This document shows, piece after piece, positions 21,079 through 29,919 of a stretch of DNA of 64,000 nt. The notes beneath the pieces are model-generated. The model saw only the letters and a list, made by a program, of their open reading frames with translations. It ran no database searches and had not been told where the DNA came from. Within the stretch, counting starts at the first letter, position 1, and each line of letters starts with the position of its first letter. A program made the position numbers and the translations under genes. This DNA is from Eubacteriales bacterium (GTDB lineage: Bacteria > Bacillota > Clostridia > Oscillospirales > CAG-272): assembly GCA_045605265.1 (NCBI GenBank), contig JAZUPQ010000053.1, forward strand, positions 7,716 to 71,715, written 5' to 3'.

Positions 21079-21972
21079 TTAAATTTGGTCTAGAAACTCT
21101 TGTCCGCAGATACTCTTTAAAAGTTCGTCCAAATCCTCATTATCCTCGTAGTAAAGAGTCAGAGTTTTGTGTCTTCCCTTCTCTTCAATTTTAACCTTTC
21201 TGCCAAGATGAGATTGAACACGAAGCTCCATCTCTCTGAAATAATCGACAAAGGGGAGAGCTTCTTCTGTTTCTTCGACAGTCTTTTTTACTTTGTTGAG
21301 CTTTTTTACTTCCTCTTCTACAGCCCTTACAGAAAGGTCGCATACCTGAATTTTTTCAGCAAGCGGAAGCATCAGTTCCCTGTTTTTAAGTCCGAGAAGA
21401 GTTCTCGCGTGACCGCTGCTGATTTCGCCTCTTGCAACCATTTCCAACACCTCAGCGGGTAAATCAAGAAGCCTGAGGGCATTTGTAATAGCGCTACGGC
21501 TTTTTCCTACTTTCCTCGATACTTCTTCCTGTGTGAGTCCATAATCTGCAGCAAGCGACCTGAAAGCCATAGCTTCTTCAATAGGATTTAAGTCCTCTCT
21601 CTGAATGTTTTCAATAAGAGCTATTTCAGCTACATCCCTATCGTCTTTTTCTAAAATTATCGCAGGAATTTCGGTCAGTCCTGCTATTTTTGATGCTCTG
21701 AACCGTCTCTCACCTGCTATTATTTGATATCTGCCTTCTCCGTATTCACGCACAAGAATAGGCTGCAAAAGGCCGTTTTCACGAATAGAGGCAGCTAATT
21801 CCTCTAAGGCTGATTTGTCAAAGTTTTTTCTTGGTTGATCTCTTTTTGGATCGATAAGAGCAATTCTTAATTGCAAAACTTGATTTTCGTTATTGTTCTT
21901 CTCATCAAGAGAGTTATCTAAAAATATGGCGTCCAAGCCTCTGCCAAGTCCGCTGTTCTTTTTTCTGGGCAT
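21079..21972 (-). CDS. parB: chromosome partitioning protein ParB/Spo0J
   Basis: 297 aa with the ParB box 'IIAGERRFRA' and the HTH 'LTQEEVSRKVGKSRSAITNALRLL'. An RBS GAGGAGG is present. Confidence 0.93.
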   Translation of the reverse strand: MPRKKNSGLGRGLDAIFLDNSLDEKNNNENQVLQLRIALIDPKRDQPRKNFDKSALEELAASIRENGLLQPILVREYGEGRYQIIAGERRFRASKIAGLTEIPAIILEKDDRDVAEIALIENIQREDLNPIEEAMAFRSLAADYGLTQEEVSRKVGKSRSAITNALRLLDLPAEVLEMVARGEISSGHARTLLGLKNRELMLPLAEKIQVCDLSVRAVEEEVKKLNKVKKTVEETEEALPFVDYFREMELRVQSHLGRKVKIEEKGRHKTLTLYYEDNEDLDELLKSICGQEFLDQI

Positions 21973-22129
21973 TTCTAAGCCTCCTCATCAAATTGGTAAA
22001 AAATGGTAAAACATAATAAATTCGTAACTGCTTTTATCAGCGGTGATTATACTAGAAAATATCGAAAAAGGATAAAAAATTGACGTTTTTTCGCGATAAA
22101 TCCCGTATTTTTACGGATTTTGTCAAAAA

Positions 22130-22891
22130 CTAAATTCTTAACATCAATTCTTTTGCAACCGCTGCATATTCTAGAGAACCCTTTCCGTACGGATCGTGAT
22201 AACATATTGGTTCGCCATATCCGGGAGCTTCGGAAATACGCACGGTCCTAGAAATCGGAACTTTAAATAGCTGATCTGAGTAATATTTTTTTAATTCTGC
22301 CACAACCTGTCCCGTTAAAGTGAGCCTTCCATTATACATTGTAAGCAAAATTCCTACTATTTGTAAGTTTGGATTATATAATTGACGTATTTTTTTAATA
22401 GTATTAAGCAACTGTGACATTCCTTCCAGCGAGTAAAACTCGCACTGCATAGGTATTACTACTCCGTCAGAAGCAGACAAAGCCTTAACAGTTAACATAC
22501 CAAGAGAGGGGGGACAGTCTATAAATATGTAATCATATTGATCTTTTATAGAATCTATTGCCAATTTTGCAAAATTTTCGTCTTCTTCCAAATCATAAAG
22601 TTCGAGCTCTGCGCCTGCAAGATCAATATTAGCCGGAATGACGGATAAATTTTTGAATTTGGTCTTGATTATGGTCTCTTCAATAGAGCATTTTCCTATT
22701 ATTACATCGTAAACAGTCTTTTTTATTTTAGATTTTGATAAACCTAGGCCACTTGTAGCGTTTCCCTGCGGGTCCATATCAATCATAAGGACTTTTTTGC
22801 CCTTATTTGCGATTTGAGCAGATATATTAACGCAAGAAGTGGTTTTTCCTACTCCGCCTTTCTGATTAGAGAAAGATATAATCTTACCCAT
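22130..22891 (-). CDS. parA: chromosome partitioning ATPase ParA/Soj
   Basis: 253 aa with the deviant Walker A 'NQKGGVGKTT' and 'IDCPPSLG'. Confidence 0.93.
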   Translation of the reverse strand: MGKIISFSNQKGGVGKTTSCVNISAQIANKGKKVLMIDMDPQGNATSGLGLSKSKIKKTVYDVIIGKCSIEETIIKTKFKNLSVIPANIDLAGAELELYDLEEDENFAKLAIDSIKDQYDYIFIDCPPSLGMLTVKALSASDGVVIPMQCEFYSLEGMSQLLNTIKKIRQLYNPNLQIVGILLTMYNGRLTLTGQVVAELKKYYSDQLFKVPISRTVRISEAPGYGEPICYHDPYGKGSLEYAAVAKELMLRI

Positions 22892-22954
22892 TAAAAACTC
22901 CTTTGAGAATAATTTTACAATAAAAACACTACTAATAAATGTTTTATTGAACTA

Positions 22955-22983
22955 ATTATATCATTTTACGTTATATATGTCAA
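22955..22983 (-). promoter_or_regulatory. sigma-A promoter of parA
   Basis: Read on the minus strand: TTGACA (22983-22978), a 17-bp spacer, then TGaTATAAT (-10 at 22960-22955). Confidence 0.65.
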
Positions 22984-23033
22984 TAGAAAAGAGAAATATA
23001 TATTGTAAACAATTTTAATATAAAAAAGTTCAA

Positions 23034-23049
23034 TGTTTCACGTGAAACA
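23034..23049. other. parS: parS centromere-like site 1
   Basis: TGTTTCACGTGAAACA is an exact match to the Firmicute parS consensus TGTTNCACGTGAAACA. It is embedded in the 22-bp palindrome CAATGTTTCACGTGAAACATTG. Confidence 0.9.
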
Positions 23050-23156
23050 TTGTTTTTTTGCTTAAAAAAGTATATAAATCAATATAAAAGGGCAGGGAAG
23101 AGGGGAATAATTGGCAAGATATTACGTTAATAACAGCATAAAGTTTTAAGTAATGA

Positions 23157-23172
23157 TGTTTCACGTGAAACA
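23157..23172. other. parS: parS centromere-like site 2
   Basis: A second exact TGTTTCACGTGAAACA lies 123 bp from site 1. Confidence 0.9.
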
Positions 23173-23404
23173 CTTGCAAAATTTATTGGGATATACCGAT
23201 TTAAAAAGCTCAATTTTACCACTCTTAATAGAAAATATCACAAAATATAGATTTTGATGACTTTTTAGCCTGAAATTTATGTGATTATTAATATCAATAA
23301 TTAAACTTAGATATGAAAACAAAAAACGACTGATTTTAAGCCTCTAGGGTGATTTTTAATCAAATTTTCTGTCCTTTTGATTTATAAGGGTATATTTAAA
23401 CGCA

Positions 23405-23426
23405 TAAATGCATATATATGCATTTA
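23405..23426. promoter_or_regulatory. perfect 22-bp AT-rich palindrome, a candidate operator
   Basis: TAAATGCATATATATGCATTTA is its own reverse complement. It lies 30 bp upstream of the -35 of the 23512 gene. Confidence 0.4.
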
Positions 23427-23455
23427 AATGGATATTTATGCAACTGCGTTTTTCC

Positions 23456-23484
23456 TTGACTTTGAATATATAATGTGATATAAT
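23456..23484 (+). promoter_or_regulatory. sigma-A promoter of the histidine phosphatase gene
   Basis: TTGACT (23456-23461), a 17-bp spacer, then TGaTATAAT (-10 at 23479-23484). Confidence 0.7.
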
Positions 23485-23511
23485 ATTTTCGTTAATGAAA
23501 GGAGCAGGGAA

Positions 23512-24168
23512 ATGAAGTACGTAGAAAAAGGTAATGATATTTCAAAGAATGATAACGCAACACGAATACTTTTGGTAAGACACGGACAATCTGTTGGAAA
23601 TCTTGACGGCAAATATGTGGGGCATAGTGAATCTGCGCTTACATCTCTCGGAAGTATTCAAGCGAATGCCTGTGCTGAATTTTTAAGCGATGTAAAAATA
23701 GACGCAATATATTCGAGCAGCCTTAACAGAGCGTATAATACTGCGCTTCCTCACGGAAAAATGAGAAATTTGGAAGTTGTGAAAGATGAAAATCTCAGAG
23801 AAATCTATTTGGGTAAATGGGAAGACGAAAGTCTTGAAGTAATTATGACAAAATATAAAGAAGAATTTTTCCACGGTTGGAAAGACAATTTTGGAACGTT
23901 TACTCCTCCGGACGGTGAGAGCGTGCTCAGCCTTCAAGAGAGAATGTATGATGAGATAGAAAAAATTGCAAATTGCCACATAGGAAAGACTGTATTGATT
24001 GTGAGCCACGCGGCTGCAATCCGCTCTTTTTGGGGCAAAATTTCCAATATTCCGCCTCAAAGTCTTGCAGCAGAAACGAAATTTCCTGCTAATGCTTCTG
24101 TCTCTACCTGCTATTACTTGAATGGAAAATTCTATCCTATTGAATATTCAAATAACGCGTTTATGTAA
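23512..24168 (+). CDS. histidine phosphatase family protein (phosphoglycerate mutase/CobC-like)
   Basis: 218 aa with the catalytic 'RHGQSVGN' motif near the N-terminus and 'SHAAAIR' near the C-terminus. Confidence 0.8.
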   Translation: MKYVEKGNDISKNDNATRILLVRHGQSVGNLDGKYVGHSESALTSLGSIQANACAEFLSDVKIDAIYSSSLNRAYNTALPHGKMRNLEVVKDENLREIYLGKWEDESLEVIMTKYKEEFFHGWKDNFGTFTPPDGESVLSLQERMYDEIEKIANCHIGKTVLIVSHAAAIRSFWGKISNIPPQSLAAETKFPANASVSTCYYLNGKFYPIEYSNNAFM

Positions 24169-24190
24169 ACTCTATTTTACATAAAGAGCA

Positions 24191-24219
24191 AAAAAAGACC
24201 GATGAAACGGTCTTTTTTT
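24191..24219. terminator. bidirectional intrinsic terminator
   Basis: Stem AGACCG/CGGTCT with a 6-nt loop, flanked by A6 and T7 runs. It sits between convergent genes. Confidence 0.75.
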
Positions 24220-24225
24220 GTTGGT

Positions 24226-24963
24226 TTAATTTTTATTTAAAATACGCTTGAAAGCATCCTCGCTGTTTTTGTAAGCGGTTTCTGTTTCTTCTTTTCCAAG
24301 GTGTGACGCGAAGGCGCTTTTTGCTCTCAAACAAACAACTGTATCCTCCGGAAGGTTAGAGAAAACCGGCAGAGAACCGAGATATGTCGAGGATAGATAT
24401 GCCGCGCATTCGTCAAGCAGATTAACGTGAGAGTTACCGTCGGATTTTTCAATATACTGCTCTATATTAGCGAATAAACTATAATCTCCATCTTGAGTTT
24501 TTGCAAATTTGTTTTCACGGTACACAGATTCGGATAGAATGCAAATATAATAATTTCCGTACATTTTATTGTTTGAAAATTTCTTTTGATTCTCCTGTAT
24601 GAGCATATAGTTGACGGTATTTTCTTTATCCTTTTCGGCTTCTTTGATTTCTTCGTTTGTCAGGAGAAAAAGGTCTTGAAAGTCTACTGCGATATTTTCA
24701 TTGCCGTCATAATCCGAAACGACCTGATTCAGAGACTTTAAAGCTCTTGCGTACTCCGCTATATCGCCATCCTTGGCGGTTCTTCCAAATTCGTGAGGAC
24801 CGGCGTACATAATGTGTATATCGTATTCCGTTTTGGAACAAAACTGTAATGTACAAATTGTTATCGAAAAAATCAAAAACAGGGCCACTAGGGTATGCCA
24901 TTTATAGTAGTACCAAAAATTATCAAAGCGTTGCTTGAACGTAAGTTTTTCTTTGTTTTCCAT
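24226..24963 (-). CDS. hypothetical membrane-anchored protein
   Basis: 245 aa with one N-terminal TM helix, 'WHTLVALFLIFSITICTLQF'. No family is recognised. Confidence 0.5.
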   Translation of the reverse strand: MENKEKLTFKQRFDNFWYYYKWHTLVALFLIFSITICTLQFCSKTEYDIHIMYAGPHEFGRTAKDGDIAEYARALKSLNQVVSDYDGNENIAVDFQDLFLLTNEEIKEAEKDKENTVNYMLIQENQKKFSNNKMYGNYYICILSESVYRENKFAKTQDGDYSLFANIEQYIEKSDGNSHVNLLDECAAYLSSTYLGSLPVFSNLPEDTVVCLRAKSAFASHLGKEETETAYKNSEDAFKRILNKN

Positions 24964-25070
24964 TTTGCCGTCTCCTGAATGCTAGTATAGTTCGATTATA
25001 ACTCAAATAGAACGAAAAATCAACGCAAATATGTAAACTTTCGTATTATTTTAAAAATGAATAATTATGC

Positions 25071-25102
25071 AAAAATCCCCTGCGAATAATTTTGCAGGGG
25101 AT
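25071..25102 (-). terminator. intrinsic terminator after lysS
   Basis: 9-bp stem ATCCCCTGC/GCAGGGGAT. On the minus strand it is followed by TTTTT. Confidence 0.75.
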
Positions 25103-25113
25103 TAAGTATGTTA

Positions 25114-26628
25114 TTAGGTCTCCGGCTTCATAGTGGGGAAGAGAAGGACGTCTCGGATAGATGGAGAATCAGTGAGAAGCATAACAAGTCTGTCAACTCC
25201 GAATCCGAGGCCTCCTGTTGGGGGCATACCGTATTCAAGCGCAGTTACGAAATCATAATCGACCTCTGCGCGGCAGTTGGGTTCTTCCTTTCTCTTTGCT
25301 TGAACCTGTTTTTCAAATCTTTCTTTTTGATCGATGGGGTCATTAAGCTCGGAGAACGCGTTGCCGAACTCTGTGCAGTTGATGAAATACTCAAATCTCT
25401 CTGTAAAGAGAGGGTTTTCAGGCTTTCTCTTGGCGAGCGGACTGTTTTCTACAGGATAGTCGTAAATAAATGTAGGCTGTACGAGCTTGTCCTCGACGAA
25501 TGCGTCAAACAACTCTACGAGAACGGTGCCTTTTGTTGCATTTTCGGGTATTTCTACGTGGTGAGCCTTTGCTGCCAGACGGGCGTCTTCATCGCTCTTC
25601 CACTCGTTGTAGTCTATACCGCTATACTTTTTAACCGCCTCAACCATTGTGAGTCTTTCCCATTTTCCAAGGTCGATTTCTTTACCCTGATAGGTGATAA
25701 GAGTGCTTCCGCAAACCTCTGTTGCAAGCATCTTGTAAAGGTCTTCAACAAGGTCCATCATTCCGTAATAGTCGGTATACGCTTCGTAAAGCTCGATTGT
25801 TGTAAATTCAGGGTTATGCTTCGTATCCATACCCTCGTTTCTGAAAATTCTGCCGACCTCATAAACCTTGTTCATGCCGCCGACGATAAGTCTTTTGAGG
25901 TAGAGCTCGGTCTCGATACGGAGATACATATCAATATCAAGGGTGTTGTGGTGTGTTACGAACGGCCTCGCGCTTGCGCCTATTTCAAGCGGAACTAGGA
26001 TAGGAGTGTCAACTTCAAGATAGCCTTTGCTGTCAAGATATTCGCGAATGAGACGTAGTATCTTTGAACGTTTAACGAACGTATCCTTCACCTCGGGATT
26101 TACTATAAGGTCTACGTATCTTTGTCTGTACCTCTGTTCAAGATTTGTAAGACCGTGGAATTTTTCCGGAAGGGGAATGAGAGACTTGGCAAGGAGCATC
26201 ATAGAGGTTACATGAATCGAAACCTCTCCGGTGCGCGTTCTGAAAAGAAATCCCTCGGCTCCCACGATGTCTCCAACGTCCCATTTCTTGAACGAGGCGT
26301 AGTCATCGTCACCGAGATTGTCACGGCTTACGTAAAGCTGAATTTTGCCGTCCTCATCGAGAACGTGAGCGAAGGATGCCTTGCCCATAATTCTTCTTCC
26401 TATCATACGTCCCGCGATTTTTACCGTAATTTTCTCGTCTTCCTTTAAAGTCGGCTCTTTTTCGTTGAAAATATTTATTGCGTTTTTAGACGTGGAAGTG
26501 ACCTCGTATTTTGTGATAACAAAAGGGTTTTTTCCGCTTTCGTAAAGCGCGTTGAGTTTTTCGCGTCTTACCGCGAGCTCACTGCTTTGATTTAACACGG
26601 GGGCGGAGTTGTTTTCGTTATTAGCCAT
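25114..26628 (-). CDS. lysS: lysine--tRNA ligase (class II)
   Basis: 504 aa with an OB-fold N-domain and class II motifs 'FRNEGMDTKHNPEFT' and 'GGLGFGVDRLVMLL'. Confidence 0.96.
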   Translation of the reverse strand: MANNENNSAPVLNQSSELAVRREKLNALYESGKNPFVITKYEVTSTSKNAINIFNEKEPTLKEDEKITVKIAGRMIGRRIMGKASFAHVLDEDGKIQLYVSRDNLGDDDYASFKKWDVGDIVGAEGFLFRTRTGEVSIHVTSMMLLAKSLIPLPEKFHGLTNLEQRYRQRYVDLIVNPEVKDTFVKRSKILRLIREYLDSKGYLEVDTPILVPLEIGASARPFVTHHNTLDIDMYLRIETELYLKRLIVGGMNKVYEVGRIFRNEGMDTKHNPEFTTIELYEAYTDYYGMMDLVEDLYKMLATEVCGSTLITYQGKEIDLGKWERLTMVEAVKKYSGIDYNEWKSDEDARLAAKAHHVEIPENATKGTVLVELFDAFVEDKLVQPTFIYDYPVENSPLAKRKPENPLFTERFEYFINCTEFGNAFSELNDPIDQKERFEKQVQAKRKEEPNCRAEVDYDFVTALEYGMPPTGGLGFGVDRLVMLLTDSPSIRDVLLFPTMKPET

Positions 26629-26655
26629 TTTAGTCGTCCTTTCTTTTGTGAAAAG

Positions 26656-27132
26656 TTACTTTGCTCTGTAAATGTTTTTGATTGTTAAAACCTGCTCTTT
26701 AACACCTGCAACAACAACCCTGTCGCCTACCTTTGCTCCGATTAAGGCGATGCCGATAGGGGAAGAATCTGAAATTTTGCCCTCAAAAGGATTGGTCTCA
26801 TAAGAGCCTACTATGTGATATTTAAAATCGCATTTTCTGGTCTCATTATATCCCTCGACGAAAGAGCCTACGCTAATCTTTGTGTCGTCAATTTGAGATT
26901 CGTCAATTACCTTTGCGTTTGCGATCATCTCGCGGAGCTCCGCGATTCTGGAATGGATTTTTCCTTGTTCAGCCTTCGCTTCATCGTATTCGCTGTTTTC
27001 CGAAAGATCGCCGAATGCGCGAGCGGTTGAAATATCCTTTTTATTCTCTTCTACCTTTACGTTTACAAGATAGTCGAGTTCGTCTTGAAGGGCTTTAAAA
27101 CCCGCTTGTGTGTAAGTCTTGGTTTCTGACAT
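26656..27132 (-). CDS. greA: transcription elongation factor GreA
   Basis: 158 aa with 'GDLSENSEYDEAK' at the coiled-coil tip and 'SPIGIALIGAKVGD' in the C-domain. Confidence 0.95.
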   Translation of the reverse strand: MSETKTYTQAGFKALQDELDYLVNVKVEENKKDISTARAFGDLSENSEYDEAKAEQGKIHSRIAELREMIANAKVIDESQIDDTKISVGSFVEGYNETRKCDFKYHIVGSYETNPFEGKISDSSPIGIALIGAKVGDRVVVAGVKEQVLTIKNIYRAK

Positions 27133-27149
27133 TTTTAAAAAATCTCCGT

Positions 27150-28481
27150 TTATTTAATTAATTTATTTATTTCAGAATAAGCATCATCAAGGGCTTTTGA
27201 CATGTTTTCGCAAATGAAGTCAGGTGTAATACCGACCTTGTGATAGTTTTGTCCGCAGGGCGGATTATAATATGCTACTGTCATTGTAATCGTACTGCCG
27301 TCAGCAAAAGGAAAGGTTGTTTGCATTATTCCTTTTCCAAAGCTTTTCTCGCCGACGATTGTGACATCCAAAATTCCGGCATCGCCGAAATCTCTTACCG
27401 CAGCGGTGAAAAGTTCGCCTGCGGAAGCAGTATTTTTGTTGCAAATGACAACCGAAGGTAACAAAAATTCGTGTTCGTCTGTATCTTTTACAGGCAAACT
27501 GTAGTTATTGCTGAAAGAAACAATTTGCGTCCCCTTGGGTGAAATATAGGACAACATATCCACAACAGAACTCAAATATCCTCCGGGATTGTCGCAAAGG
27601 TCGTAGATGACTCCGACGCAACCCGCAGCTTCAAAGCTGTCGATTGCCTCCTTAAATTGTTCCGTGGTGTTTTCTTTAAAACCTGTAATTTTTATATATC
27701 CGATTTTGTTTTCATCTATTGAATAGGTTACTGAATGTTCTATGATTTTACTTCTTATTACCGTGTAGGAAATCTCTTCTCCTTCTCGGGAAACCGTGAT
27801 CTTTACCTCAGTGTCAATCTCTCCGCGAACCGCAGCCAAGGTTTTTGAATAACCCATTTCGCTGACACGAACGTCGTCCACTGCTACAATATAATCTCCG
27901 GGCAAAATTCCCGCTTTTTCTGCTCCTCCGCCGGGAGTGACAGATTCTATATGACAGGAGTTATCCAAATTGTTGAATATAACCTGCACGCCTATACCGA
28001 TAATTTCACCGCTCATATCGGTGCTGTAATCGTCATATTCGTCAGGTGTTCTGTATACTGCGTAATCGTCGCCGATTGAATAGATTAAGCAGTCGATAAG
28101 CGCCAGCGTTACGGTTTTTTCGTCTTTTAAGTCGATTTTGTCAATGAAGAATTCGAAAAAGCAATCCTTCATATCGTTTGCCAAAATTTCAGCTTCCGGC
28201 AAATCCTCTACGTAAAAGTTTTTGAACTTACTTTCAACCTGGGCGAGCCTTTGCGTATCAAAAGCGGGGAAGCGCCACTTTGCAAAATATGAGACGACAT
28301 TGTTGGCCTTGTAACCGTCGCAGCTCTCAATGTGCTCTACAAGTTCTTCCTTGTCGTAAATTGATTCCCAATCGCTGTTTAAATTTAAAAGCCAGAAGCA
28401 AGAGGAGAGAGAAAGAGCAACGGCCAAGAGTAAAACGGTAAGAAGCAACGCGCGAACGGAACGTAGTGTTTTTTTCTTCAT
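27150..28481 (-). CDS. S41 family C-terminal processing peptidase, lipoprotein
   Basis: 443 aa with a lipobox 'LSLSSC' and a PDZ-like segment 'GGGAEKAGILPGDYIVAVD'. The S41 catalytic context is 'NTASAGELF' and 'SFGKG'. Confidence 0.85.
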   Translation of the reverse strand: MKKKTLRSVRALLLTVLLLAVALSLSSCFWLLNLNSDWESIYDKEELVEHIESCDGYKANNVVSYFAKWRFPAFDTQRLAQVESKFKNFYVEDLPEAEILANDMKDCFFEFFIDKIDLKDEKTVTLALIDCLIYSIGDDYAVYRTPDEYDDYSTDMSGEIIGIGVQVIFNNLDNSCHIESVTPGGGAEKAGILPGDYIVAVDDVRVSEMGYSKTLAAVRGEIDTEVKITVSREGEEISYTVIRSKIIEHSVTYSIDENKIGYIKITGFKENTTEQFKEAIDSFEAAGCVGVIYDLCDNPGGYLSSVVDMLSYISPKGTQIVSFSNNYSLPVKDTDEHEFLLPSVVICNKNTASAGELFTAAVRDFGDAGILDVTIVGEKSFGKGIMQTTFPFADGSTITMTVAYYNPPCGQNYHKVGITPDFICENMSKALDDAYSEINKLIK

Positions 28482-28552
28482 ATTTCTTACATATACAACA
28501 ATATATACCCCGCGCAGAGCAGGGTATATAAATGTAAAATCCTTTTCAAATA

Positions 28553-29638
28553 TTAGAATTTCGTTGGCTTTGAGGTGAGATATTTCTTAACCATAAGAGC
28601 TACCTTGAATGTAACGGCGTGGTCAAACTCACGAAGGTCGAGTCCTGTTATTTTTCTGATTTTTTCAAGGCGGTATACAAGTGTGTTACGGTGAACGAAG
28701 AGCTTTCTTGAAGTCTCGGAAACGTTCAGGTTATTTTCAAAGAAGCTTTGAACTGTCATAAGAGTCTCCCTGTCAAGAGATTCAAGAGAGCCTTTTTTGA
28801 ATACCTCTTGCAAGAAAATCTCGCAAAGGGTGTTGGGGAGCTGGTAAAACAGTCTTCCGATACCCAGACTGTCGTAGGACATAACAGGCTTTTCAATATC
28901 AAAAACCTTTCCTACTTCAAGAGAAATTCTCGATTCTTTATAAGCTTTTGCAAGGTCCTTTAAGTTGTTAACGATAGAGGAAATACCAATCAAAACCTTA
29001 ACATCGTATTCGCTCTGTATTGTTTTGAGAAGCCCCGTAGCATAGTCTATACAGTCGTCGCAGTTTGTATTCACGGATATTTCCTTAACGAGAACGATAT
29101 CCTGCTCGCTTATGCTAATAACGTAATCCTTGGTTTTGTCCTTAACCTGTGCCTGTACGATTTCGTAAGGGGGAATTTGAGTGTGACCTTGGAATTTGAT
29201 AACGATAACAACTCGTTGTTCATCTGTGTTGAAATGAAGCTCGTTTGATTTTGTGTAAATGTCGCTTGGAAGAATATTATCAAGAATGATATTCTTTATG
29301 AAAGAGCCCTTGTCATATTTCTCATCGTAAAGGCTCTTTATGTTGCCGAGAGAGATGGAAAGCATTTGAGCCATTTTTCCCGCGTGGGCATCGTTGCCTT
29401 CGACAAAAACAATGCTCTCGCTTTTGCTGCTTGAAACGATATAGCGATATGTAAATCCTTCAAACACCATGTTGTCTTGGGAGAAGGAGAGTTCTTCTTT
29501 GATTCTTTGTCTTGATTCTCCGATTTTATTTAATTCGCTTGATGCTATTATAATGCCGTTCTCGTCAATAACTCCGATTGTACGACCAACAACATCCTTC
29601 ATTTGATGAATTAAAGTTTGAAATAAACGATTGGACAT
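28553..29638 (-). CDS. CdaR/PucR-family transcriptional regulator
   Basis: 361 aa. The N-terminal diacid-recognition-like domain is 'IGVIDENGIIIASSELNKIGE'. The C-terminal PucR HTH is 'TSRKLFVHRNTLVYRLEKIRKITG'. Confidence 0.8.
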   Translation of the reverse strand: MSNRLFQTLIHQMKDVVGRTIGVIDENGIIIASSELNKIGESRQRIKEELSFSQDNMVFEGFTYRYIVSSSKSESIVFVEGNDAHAGKMAQMLSISLGNIKSLYDEKYDKGSFIKNIILDNILPSDIYTKSNELHFNTDEQRVVIVIKFQGHTQIPPYEIVQAQVKDKTKDYVISISEQDIVLVKEISVNTNCDDCIDYATGLLKTIQSEYDVKVLIGISSIVNNLKDLAKAYKESRISLEVGKVFDIEKPVMSYDSLGIGRLFYQLPNTLCEIFLQEVFKKGSLESLDRETLMTVQSFFENNLNVSETSRKLFVHRNTLVYRLEKIRKITGLDLREFDHAVTFKVALMVKKYLTSKPTKF

Positions 29639-29749
29639 AGAATATCCCTTTCTTTTGAATTACCGTTTGAACAGCCCGAACACAGTAAACAAAAAAATCC
29701 TAAATTGCAAGTGTTGAAATCAAAACTTGTAAAAGGAGTTCTTTGTTAA

Positions 29750-29765
29750 AAATGTCAAAATGTCA
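29750..29765. repeat. 2 x 8-bp tandem repeat in the leader of the CdaR-like gene
   Basis: AAATGTCA AAATGTCA on the plus strand, which reads TGACATTT TGACATTT on the coding strand. It lies downstream of the predicted promoter. Confidence 0.5.
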
Positions 29766-29809
29766 TTTCGTAATCGTCAAATAATCTGTTTTTGTTAATA
29801 CTGTACTAT

Positions 29810-29838
29810 ATTCTAACTCATTTTTTGATATTTTTCAA
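29810..29838 (-). promoter_or_regulatory. sigma-A promoter of the CdaR-like regulator, giving a leader of about 170 nt
   Basis: Read on the minus strand: TTGAAA (29838-29833), a 17-bp spacer, then TAGAAT (29815-29810). Confidence 0.55.
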
Positions 29839-29919
29839 TAGTTTTTTGAAATTTATTTGTAAAAATAACAAAAAAATTTTGTAAATATTTGTTGAAAATT
29901 ACATTTTTTCAAAAGAAAG

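Noticed and set aside
23031-23060. The parS-1 palindrome followed by T7, considered as an intrinsic terminator.
   Set aside because: No gene reads into it from either side; it lies upstream of the parA promoter. The exact parS consensus explains the palindrome, so the terminator-like look is probably incidental.
25108-25998. A 296-aa plus-strand ORF.
   Set aside because: It lies entirely antisense within lysS, whose identity is unambiguous. It has no RBS and an odd Cys/Phe-rich composition.
29711-29905. Additional TGTTGAAAT and TGTTGAAAA motifs that might indicate a second DnaA-box cluster.
   Set aside because: There are only two copies about 180 bp apart in generic AT-rich promoter DNA. 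This is more simply explained by base composition.
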